Assembly: GCF_014644735.1 (NCBI RefSeq)
Contig: NZ_BMKZ01000014.1
Location: forward strand, 28,966 to 52,965
Direction of reading: 5' to 3'
Origin: Caldalkalibacillus thermarum
GTDB taxonomy: Bacteria; Bacillota; Bacilli; Caldalkalibacillales; Caldalkalibacillaceae
Length of the DNA: 24,000 nucleotides
The number at the start of each line of letters is the position of its first letter. Position 1 is the first letter of the stretch. The position numbers and the translations under genes are program-made. The notes beneath the pieces are model-generated. The model did no database searches. It had not been told where the DNA came from and saw only the letters and a list, made by a program, of their open reading frames with translations. This document shows positions 7,349 through 14,067 of the stretch, in pieces.

Positions 7349-7351
7349 CGC

Positions 7352-8647
7352 TTATGACGCATACCCATACCCATCATTTTTATGAATAATTCTTAAATAT
7401 TTCGGATGAACGTCAAACCCGTTTAACCTGAAACTTGGACGATGACGTATCTGAATACGTCCGATATGAACACCTTCATATTTCCCCTTTGGTATCACAG
7501 CTTTTACTATGTCACCCGTCATGAAACCAAGATAGGTTCGCTTTTTTTGGCGGTGACTTTGCGGAAAGCCGTACCTGTCAACGTTGCACATCCGGCGCGT
7601 GCCGTGGCCCTTTGCGATGATTTTTAAAACCTGCATGTCGGGATCAAGACGGACATTTTCGCCGCTCTTTCCAACACATGCGGCGTCAATCCAATGCGCT
7701 TTCGGATATTACTGTGCGCTTCGATTATACTTCGTTCGACCACCGGTTCCAATTTCAAGTTCCAATCCCAATTCTTTCAGACGGTCAAACAAAACCCATC
7801 GTGACGCGTTGATCGCCGCCGCGTCCCTGAGCGGTGTCTTAAGCTGTGCTTTGATGCGTCCGGCACGTTCAGGATCATGTGCAAGGAATTCTTCAAGTGA
7901 ACGGTTGTCTTTTTCCCGGTTACAATCATGGCATGCAATGACAAGGTTGGATACCCGGTCACTTCCGCCTTTTGAACGAGGTATAACATGTTCGATCTCA
8001 AACGGTACATTCTCCACGTCACAATACACACAACGGCGGCCAAACTTATCCAGTAGATACTCCTTCACTTCATATCCGAAGAGTGTCCCTTGCTGGTATT
8101 CGATGCCCTTGATCTCAGGATTTTGCAACTTCTGAGTATCGAACCGCGCAAGTTCCAGCGAAAGGTGCGCAAGAGGCACAAACTTCCGCAAGCGGCGTAC
8201 CCATGTGAATACGTTGAAAACGCGACTCATGATGCTCGGCGGAAGCCATCCTTTCGGACGCCGGCGGTTGAGATACCGTGGTGCGCGATACCGTGTCTTG
8301 CGATTCCGGCGCAAACGCCGAAGGGACCGCCGTTCCAAAAGTGCAGTACGGATCTGTTCGCCCCTATGGTACAGTTCTGCGGCCCAGATGACGGTCTTCC
8401 CACATTGGAATTCACCAACGAGTGATATGCCTGTGACTTTTGAGCCCGGATCAATCTTGAGCCTGACTGTCTGGATGTCTTTGCCGTCATCCCGTGCTTC
8501 GCGGTCTTTAAGCAGGATCGTAAATGGATAACGGCGATAGACGGCGGCACGTCCTTTCCTGAGCAGTTTTCGCGCCCTTGCGGGATGACACGGCATGAGT
8601 GGATTTCCTTTCCTGTCTACAACAAAAACTCGATTAACAGTCTTCAT
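7352..8647 (-). pseudogene. iscB: iscB (RNA-guided RuvC/HNH nuclease) interrupted by a single in-frame TAA at 7709-7711
   Basis: ATG 8647 (MKTVNRVFVVDRKGNPLMPCHPARARKLL, the PLMP domain) with AAGGAGGGG upstream. RuvC-I RLKIDPGSKVTGISL. Arg-rich bridge helix RRSLRRLRRNRKTRYRAPRYLNRRRPKGWLPPS. RuvC-II LSLELARFD. HNH CVYCD...EIEHVIPRSKGGSDRVSNLVIACHDCNREK. Then ...KYNRSAQ-TAA-YPKAHWIDAACVG (RuvC-III) continues in the same frame into track ORF 7352..7636 (TID-like LGFMTGDIVKAVIPKGKYEGVHIGRIQIR). I verified the frame continuity codon by codon. Confidence 0.85.
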
Positions 8648-8890
8648 TGCGGTTACCCGCCCCTCCTTGTGGGTAATGTGGGCCTCGCCAATGTTATCCC
8701 GGCTTGTCCTGTCCGGCACACTGGCTTCAACCCCGTATGCCTGTTTAATGCCGGACGGCAGTTGCCCGAAGCTGGCCCAAGCACCCCGGGGTGCCATGAC
8801 CGGGATAACGTAGCCCATTGACCTTGCGGCCCGGGCTGAGGCTGGTCAACTCCAAGGCTTCATGCCTCCGTCTTTAGACGGGGGTAGTTG
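8648..8890 (-). ncRNA. candidate omegaRNA scaffold of the IscB element
   Basis: About 240 nt of GC-rich sequence immediately 5' of iscB on the same strand, which is the canonical position for IscB omegaRNA. It is dense in local helices, for example CCGTCTAAAGACGG, GCACCCCGGGGTGC and TGCCGTCCGGCA. The long N-terminal extension of track ORF 7709..8818 falls here and lacks an RBS. The ends are not determined. Confidence 0.5.
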
Positions 8891-9165
8891 ACGACCGTCT
8901 CAATCACATCTTTTTCCGTTTCGATGGTCTCATACAAAATTCCGATCAAGTCTTCCTGAAGCTCTTGTTTGGTTTCCGGATGATTGTCCAAAACGTTTCT
9001 CAATTCCGGATCGTAGAAGATGTTCAGATTCACAAAGCATACATCTTGGCTTTCTTCCACATCTGCATCAACATGTGCCTCGCCCACAACCATGTTGTCC
9101 TGAAGTGTTATTTTTGCCGTACAAACATGATCTCCTTTGGTAATTTCTGAAAGAGTGTAACGCAT
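8860..9165 (-). CDS. acidic hypothetical protein (101 aa as found); 3' end altered by the IscB-element insertion
   Basis: ATG 9165 with AAAGGAGG upstream. The last 9 codons (NYPRLKTEA) lie inside the inferred element. Removing the element gives ...DVIETVVEF-TGA followed by a hairpin plus T-run. Confidence 0.7.
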   Translation of the reverse strand: MRYTLSEITKGDHVCTAKITLQDNMVVGEAHVDADVEESQDVCFVNLNIFYDPELRNVLDNHPETKQELQEDLIGILYETIETEKDVIETVVNYPRLKTEA

Positions 9166-9257
9166 ATTGCGTCAGCCTCCTTTAGTTTTTTTTGATGGTT
9201 TTTTTAACAGTGGAAAAGAGGAATAACAGAGCCGGATGAATCCTCCCAGCCCCGAAA

Positions 9258-9704
9258 TTATTTTTCCTCGTTTTTTCTGTCAAGTATTTCACGGCTAATT
9301 TCTCCCACCACTGCATTTTGGGGACGTTTTCGCTGGTCGGTTGCTATCAGTGTCCATACCGAATCGTGAAAAACTTCCAGCGTCTCCACGTACTTTTTGT
9401 GGAAAGCCGTGAATCTCATAGGCACTTGCCTGTACTCCTTTACTTCTTTGATATACTGCTCCAGTTTCACAAATTCTACGGCTATCTGCATAGTCCAATT
9501 TTCGTCCCTTGGTCTTTGCTCCTGCGACAGCGCATTGATCTGTTCCAGCGTTTCCGTTACGTGTGCAAAGTTGGTGTCCAGAAACTGAAAATATTCATCA
9601 GACAGTCTCCCGTTTTCTGAGGCTTCTTCACCACCAGCTTCCGCTACAACACAACCGGCAAGCATCAGTAAGGTAAACATGGCAAAAACAAGGCCTTTTT
9701 TCAC
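9258..9704 (-). CDS. lipoprotein (148 aa)
   Basis: GTG 9704 after GGGAGGGA. Signal peptide MKKGLVFAMFTLLMLAGC with the lipobox LAGC. The mature part is not recognisable. Confidence 0.75.
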   Translation of the reverse strand: MKKGLVFAMFTLLMLAGCVVAEAGGEEASENGRLSDEYFQFLDTNFAHVTETLEQINALSQEQRPRDENWTMQIAVEFVKLEQYIKEVKEYRQVPMRFTAFHKKYVETLEVFHDSVWTLIATDQRKRPQNAVVGEISREILDRKNEEK

Positions 9705-9763
9705 TCATATCCCTCCCACTTTGGTGTGTCAGACTTTAAGGGGCTGGAACGAAGCCCAACCCC

Positions 9764-10462
9764 TCACTTTTGATAAATCGACTCATTCTTGACCCACGCA
9801 TCACCCGTCCATTCGTAAAACATCTCATCAAGACTGGTTCCTTCCGTCAAATCCTCGTCTGTTGTCGCCCTGATCCTGAAATCAGACAGAAACGGATTCA
9901 AAGGGGACAGGTATTCCAGTTTTTCCGCCACGACAATGATCCGCTGTTCCGGGTTTTTGTTCCATTTCATGTACAGTAAAAGGTCATACACATCATCACG
10001 GGCCACAAACACATAATACAGCTTCTCCCCAATCTGCATGGCCCCCACAAACGGATCAAGGGACGGCACAATCTCCGGCTCGTAGTCCAGAAACACCTCG
10101 TACAGCTTAAAGAAGACCATGCATTTCAAAACGTCTTCCGCCTGCCAATGAAGCCAGTAATTGGGCGGTAACTGAAACGTATGGATGGCGTTAGTTCCCA
10201 ATGTGTAAATGGGGATGTTTTTCTCATGCGACAGTTCGTGCCGCATGAGAAAATGGTATTCTCTGCACAGTTGTTTCAGCTTCTGGGTGTTCAAATCAAA
10301 CAGTCGTTTCAACTGCACACCACCGATCACACCAACCGAAGCCACGGCATACAGCATGGGATGGAGTTCAGAAGGGATTTTGACCTCCCGTGGCCTGACC
10401 CGCTCCCGGTTCCATTTCACTTTCCAGCCATGACTCAGTGAAAAGGGACTGGCCATACCCAC
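9764..10462 (-). CDS. hypothetical protein (about 230 aa), possible divergent Replic_Relax-like winged-helix protein
   Basis: The start is ambiguous (GTG 10462 or ATG 10456). The segment LHPMLYAVASVGVIGGVQLKRLFDL...LCREYHFLMRHEL...IYTLGTNA parallels the N-terminal pattern of the 14061..15044 protein (ILRDLYRFRVMNGEQIRRLYF...WIRSRKI...VHYITDRG). The similarity is weak and was judged by eye. Confidence 0.45.
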   Translation of the reverse strand: MGMASPFSLSHGWKVKWNRERVRPREVKIPSELHPMLYAVASVGVIGGVQLKRLFDLNTQKLKQLCREYHFLMRHELSHEKNIPIYTLGTNAIHTFQLPPNYWLHWQAEDVLKCMVFFKLYEVFLDYEPEIVPSLDPFVGAMQIGEKLYYVFVARDDVYDLLLYMKWNKNPEQRIIVVAEKLEYLSPLNPFLSDFRIRATTDEDLTEGTSLDEMFYEWTGDAWVKNESIYQK

Positions 10463-10469
10463 CAGCCCC

Positions 10470-11282
10470 TTACAGCTTACGGATAATCTTGCCGTAGATT
10501 CTCTCTTTCTTGGCGTTCACATCATACACCCGCAAGATGACCCGGTCCCCTTTTCTCAGCCGCTCAAACATCATATGTGGCACTAACGCATCTACACCGG
10601 GTTCCAGATTGACAAACACACCGTAATCCTCCACACCGGTCACTTTTCCGGCGTATTCGCCGCCCTTGACGTACCGCTTGGTGCAGTCTGGATACGGATT
10701 CGGTTTCAATGCCTTGGCACTCAAGGTGACTTTCTGGTTTTCCTTATCCACTTCCATGACCTTCACCTTGAGATGGTCTCCGACCTTGAATTCGTCCCTC
10801 AAGTCGTCAATCCAAGCGTAATCAATCTCGGAAGCCGGGATTCTGACCGAAATGCCGCCGATGTCCACAACCAAGATTTTTTCCATGACGTTTCTCACCA
10901 CTGCAATCACAACCTGCCCCTCTTTCAGACGGCTCCATGTGATCTCGGCCATCCGTTCAAGGGCATCTTTCCTTGAGGCGGTGAATACGTCATTTTCCCG
11001 GTCATAGTTCAGCACCATCATGGCCACTTTGGTGCCAATGAGATTTCGCAGTTCACTCAGCTTTTCACAACCGGAGTACTCGAGTGGAATGTAGCCTCGA
11101 ACGTTCCCAACCTGCACAACTCCGCACGGCTCACCCAGCTTGTTTTCAATACCGATCAGAACAGCCTGCAAAATGGTTTTGTTCTGATAAGCCGCAATCA
11201 CTTCCTGCCAGTCTTTACGCTCTTCCTCCAGTTTTTCAGGGTCAAAACCCTCTACCAGTACTTGTAACAGTTGATCGCTCAT
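10470..11282 (-). CDS. S1 (OB-fold) RNA-binding domain protein with multiple S1 repeats (270 aa)
   Basis: ATG 11282 after GGAGGGTGA. S1-like repeats, for example GQVVIAVVRNVMEKILVVDIGGISVRIPASEI...FKVGDHLKVKVMEVDKENQKVTLS and GGEYAGKVTGVEDYGVFVNLEPGVDALVPHMM...LRKGDRVILRVYDVNAKKERI. Confidence 0.75.
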   Translation of the reverse strand: MSDQLLQVLVEGFDPEKLEEERKDWQEVIAAYQNKTILQAVLIGIENKLGEPCGVVQVGNVRGYIPLEYSGCEKLSELRNLIGTKVAMMVLNYDRENDVFTASRKDALERMAEITWSRLKEGQVVIAVVRNVMEKILVVDIGGISVRIPASEIDYAWIDDLRDEFKVGDHLKVKVMEVDKENQKVTLSAKALKPNPYPDCTKRYVKGGEYAGKVTGVEDYGVFVNLEPGVDALVPHMMFERLRKGDRVILRVYDVNAKKERIYGKIIRKL

Positions 11283-11336
11283 TCGATCACCCTCCATCTG
11301 ATTTTTTTAGGCTGATACGTTACCCAGCAAACCGTT

Positions 11337-13223
11337 TCAAAATAGTTCCTGCCTGATACGGCGTTTTTTAACCTCTTTTTTGTTTTCATCTCTGCCATTT
11401 TCTGTTTCTTCTTTTACAGCATCACCCCTTTCAAGCGGTTCATTTTGCGGCACTTCTCTTTCATGTGAATGTTCGTGTGAATGTGGCACTTCTTCTGAAA
11501 CGGATACGACAGTCTTTTCACACTCAGGGGCTGGATCGTCCGTGCCAGTAGCCTGCATTGGCTGGGAATCCAACCAGACCACACGGCCCGGTTCGCTTCC
11601 GGGTTGGCTTTGCGAAGCGAAGACAACAGGCTCCGCTTCAACAAAACGTATTTTTCTAACTTCAAAATCCGTTTTGGAGGCCTGAGCGGTGTGGCGGGCA
11701 GATGAACCGGCTGATTCACTGCCCGCAACAGGCGTCCATTCGCCCTCCACTGTCCAACGGCCGTTTTGGTCAAATGTTTTTTCCCGCTTCTTAAAAGCGT
11801 AGCGTCCCGGCTCTGCCGGGTTGGCTTTGCGAAGTGAAGACAACAGGTCAAATATTGACCGTTTTTTCACTTCCGCCCGCTCCACCCATTCCCGCCGCTT
11901 TTTCCAGTCACGAGGGATGAATCTGCCTTTGCCTATCTTCGGCGGTTGCGGTGTGCCATCTTTAAGCAATTTGTACACAAAGTGGAAACGGGGCAGGCCG
12001 TCCATCAGTTGAGTGTAAAAAAAGCGGTATTCTTCCTGCTCCGTGTCCCGATAGCTGGCCGGAAAGATGTTGGCCCCGATAACCCTCGTGTCATAGGTGG
12101 CCTGCCGGACAATGATCTGTTTCTTGCCAAATTCCTCTGCAAATTCTTTGGCATCTTCGCTGGTTATGCCGCCAAAACAGATTTTGTTGCGACAGCCGTT
12201 CAGTATGGCCCGCTTTACGGCTCGACCACTCATCTTGCCCGTCTCCACTTCCAACTGGCTCAAGGATTGGCAGGCAAAGATACCGGCCACCCGGTACTCG
12301 GCCGCTATGTTCAGAAAACGCTCAATGTCCGGGTTGATATACCGGGAATACTCGTCCACGATGAGAAAGTGGGGGACACGGGTCTTTTCCGTCCCCCCAC
12401 GCCTGAATGTCCCTGATTGCAAATGCATGATGATGTACTGGCCAAATGCGTCCCCGCTTGAACCCAATTCGCCCAAAGCCGTGTTGACCGCCAAAATGCC
12501 ACCTTCTTCAAAGTGACGATCTATGTCAAAACTGGATTCTCCCGTCATGATGGAACGCAAATGACGGTTGGCCGTGAGATTCTCCAACTGGGCACGAAGC
12601 CCGATCACAAACTGGCGGTATTTGTCTTTCATGGCCCCCAACAGTTCCGCCTTGAAAAACTTGGTCAGATCATCTTCTCCCTGCCGGTTAACCAGTTCGT
12701 TCACCTTGTATTCCAACAGCTTCAGATCACGCAAGGTGTTGACCACGTCTCCCAAATCCAGACGGTCACCCTGAAGCCGTTTCAACAGCTTGGTCACGTT
12801 GCGGGCCGATACTTCCTGCACGGTGGCGAAAAAGGCTTCCTGTTTGCCAAACAGGCTCTTTAACACCGCCACCGTGGCCTCGGCTACGGTATCTTCATCT
12901 CCCACCATCGGGTTGAAACGGTGACTCTCATAGGACGGATCATAACCGGCACTTTCTGCATACCCACGCTTCTGTGCCGGGTCTATATGCACAAAGTCAA
13001 GTCCCATTTCCTCACACATCTCCCGTACCATAAACGCCACGTCCCCTTTCGGCTCAATCACCGAAAGGCCCAGTTTCTTACCCTTGGCTTTCTGCACCAA
13101 TAGATTGTAAATGATTGGTTTCAAAATGGTTGCCGTCTTTCCACAACGAGTGGGACCCACCACCAGCATGTGGGTAAAAGCGTCACTCCCACCCCAGATG
13201 ATCGGCCTGTCCAAAATCAACAC
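11337..13223 (-). CDS. VirD4/TraG-type conjugative coupling ATPase (T4CP) lacking an N-terminal TM domain, with a long acidic/His-rich C-terminal tail
   Basis: Walker A VVGPTRCGKT lies about 20 aa from the N-terminus. Walker B PHFLIVDEYSRY. Also FACQSLSQLE and NKICFGGITSEDAKEFAEEFG, typical of TraG/TraD/VirD4 proteins. The start codon is uncertain: GTG 13223 directly abuts GGGAGG, and TTG codons lie a few nt downstream. Confidence 0.8.
   Translation of the reverse strand: MLILDRPIIWGGSDAFTHMLVVGPTRCGKTATILKPIIYNLLVQKAKGKKLGLSVIEPKGDVAFMVREMCEEMGLDFVHIDPAQKRGYAESAGYDPSYESHRFNPMVGDEDTVAEATVAVLKSLFGKQEAFFATVQEVSARNVTKLLKRLQGDRLDLGDVVNTLRDLKLLEYKVNELVNRQGEDDLTKFFKAELLGAMKDKYRQFVIGLRAQLENLTANRHLRSIMTGESSFDIDRHFEEGGILAVNTALGELGSSGDAFGQYIIMHLQSGTFRRGGTEKTRVPHFLIVDEYSRYINPDIERFLNIAAEYRVAGIFACQSLSQLEVETGKMSGRAVKRAILNGCRNKICFGGITSEDAKEFAEEFGKKQIIVRQATYDTRVIGANIFPASYRDTEQEEYRFFYTQLMDGLPRFHFVYKLLKDGTPQPPKIGKGRFIPRDWKKRREWVERAEVKKRSIFDLLSSLRKANPAEPGRYAFKKREKTFDQNGRWTVEGEWTPVAGSESAGSSARHTAQASKTDFEVRKIRFVEAEPVVFASQSQPGSEPGRVVWLDSQPMQATGTDDPAPECEKTVVSVSEEVPHSHEHSHEREVPQNEPLERGDAVKEETENGRDENKKEVKKRRIRQELF
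11600..11630. repeat. 31 bp direct repeat, copy A (partner at 11817-11847)
   Basis: CGGGTTGGCTTTGCGAAGCGAAGACAACAGG versus the same sequence with one C-to-T change at 11817-11847. The offset is 217 bp, so the two copies are translated in different frames of the T4CP tail. Confidence 0.85.
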
Positions 13224-13319
13224 CTCCCAAAAACATTGTCACAAATGGGGCTGGAAGGTATGGGGCTGGCAGGGATGTGGGAGAAGATTCGGCCCTTGCT
13301 TAGCAAAGTCAATCACTAT

Positions 13320-13355
13320 TGGAATATGGCGTTCAAATGGAATATGGCGTTCAAA
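13320..13355. repeat. perfect 2 x 18 bp tandem repeat in the spacer between the 4-TM gene and the T4CP gene
   Basis: TGGAATATGGCGTTCAAA occurs at 13320-13337 and 13338-13355. Nearby, ATGGGGCTGG occurs twice (13245-13254 and 13260-13269). Confidence 0.85.
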
Positions 13356-13369
13356 ATGGCTTTTGTTCT

Positions 13370-13870
13370 CTATCGCTTCTCGTCCACTTCTTCTCCCAAA
13401 ACAAGGTATATCTCATCTTTTTTCTCACTGTCTCCCTCTCCCTTCAGCCATTTCCTGAACCGCTCCCACTTCTCTTCAAATGACTGAGTCCCCTCAACCA
13501 GCTTTTCCTTGTCCACATTGCCACGCTTGTATCTAAACGCTGTCACTGCCCGCCAGTAAACAAAGACAAATCCCAATAAGACCATGAACATTAAAATGTA
13601 GACCACACGCATGACAATGACCGGGGCCACAAAAAAGTCCCGCTCATTCCAAAAGTGATAAACGCTGGTTCCCAACAAACCGGACACGTAAAAAACAGCC
13701 GCCACCATGTGCAGGTACGGCTGTTTCCGCTCATCCACATATTCAAATACTCCCGCTATAACGCTGATCACCAACAGTGTCCACCACACCCACTTCGGCA
13801 ATAACCATGCACCGCTTACCAACAAAACGGCACTGATTAATGCCAACACCAAATTCGCCTTCCCTAACAT
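13370..13870 (-). CDS. integral membrane protein (166 aa, about 4 TM segments, charged cytoplasmic tail)
   Basis: ATG 13870 after GAGGGGAG. Hydrophobic stretches LVLALISAVLLVSGAWLL, WWTLLVISVIAGVF, LHMVAAVFYVSGLLG and VVYILMFMVLLGFVFVYW, then a Lys/Glu-rich tail. Confidence 0.75.
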   Translation of the reverse strand: MLGKANLVLALISAVLLVSGAWLLPKWVWWTLLVISVIAGVFEYVDERKQPYLHMVAAVFYVSGLLGTSVYHFWNERDFFVAPVIVMRVVYILMFMVLLGFVFVYWRAVTAFRYKRGNVDKEKLVEGTQSFEEKWERFRKWLKGEGDSEKKDEIYLVLGEEVDEKR

Positions 13871-14067
13871 CAGTTCACTCCCCTCATGCCCTCCTTCCGT
13901 ATGGTGTACTCGTACATGTGGATAACAAATTCGATTTCATCGGCCATGATCTCACGCATCATCAGGTATATCTCCCACTGTTCCTCCGGGGTGTATTCCA
14001 TCAATTGTTCTTTAATATCTGGTATGTTCACTATTTCACAAATGGTCTTCAGGCCCTCAATCAGCAT
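13870..14067 (-). CDS. small acidic hypothetical protein (65 aa)
   Basis: ATG 14067 lies 8 nt after AAGGAG. It overlaps both neighbours (7 nt and 1 nt), which suggests translational coupling. Confidence 0.6.
   Translation of the reverse strand: MLIEGLKTICEIVNIPDIKEQLMEYTPEEQWEIYLMMREIMADEIEFVIHMYEYTIRKEGMRGVN

Larger units (their letters stand above)
7297..8890 (-). mobile_element. IscB-only IS200/IS605-type (OMEGA) element, about 1.6 kb, no tnpA
   Basis: Contains the omegaRNA region plus iscB and is visibly more GC-rich than its flanks. GGTCGT occurs at both junctions (8891-8896 outside and 7297-7302 inside, or vice versa, so each boundary is ambiguous by 6 bp). There are subterminal hairpins at both ends (CCGTCTAAAGACGG near 8866-8879; the composite hairpin at 7309-7348). 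Joining the flanks restores a short ORF end plus a terminator. Confidence 0.65.

Noticed and set aside
8648-8818. 57-codon N-terminal extension of track ORF 7709..8818 (MGYVIPVMAPRGAW...)
   Set aside because: There is no RBS at that ATG, whereas ATG 8647 has AAGGAGGGG and yields the canonical IscB N-terminus (PLMP domain). The extension coincides with the expected omegaRNA.
7442-8821. Many overlapping ORFs on both strands within the iscB region (e.g. 7584..8135, 8090..8425, 8205..8531, 8227..8550, 7777..8043, 8585..8821)
   Set aside because: These are typical shadow ORFs of a GC-richer segment. The IscB frame explains the region with canonical motifs throughout.
11380-12863. Plus-strand ORFs antisense to the T4CP gene (e.g. 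11946..12416, 12097..12516, 12513..12863) and the alternative-frame minus ORF 11414..11851
   Set aside because: The T4CP frame carries Walker A/B and TraG-type motifs across the region. The others lack RBSs. ORF 11414..11851 is relevant only as the frame reached if the 31 bp repeats recombine.
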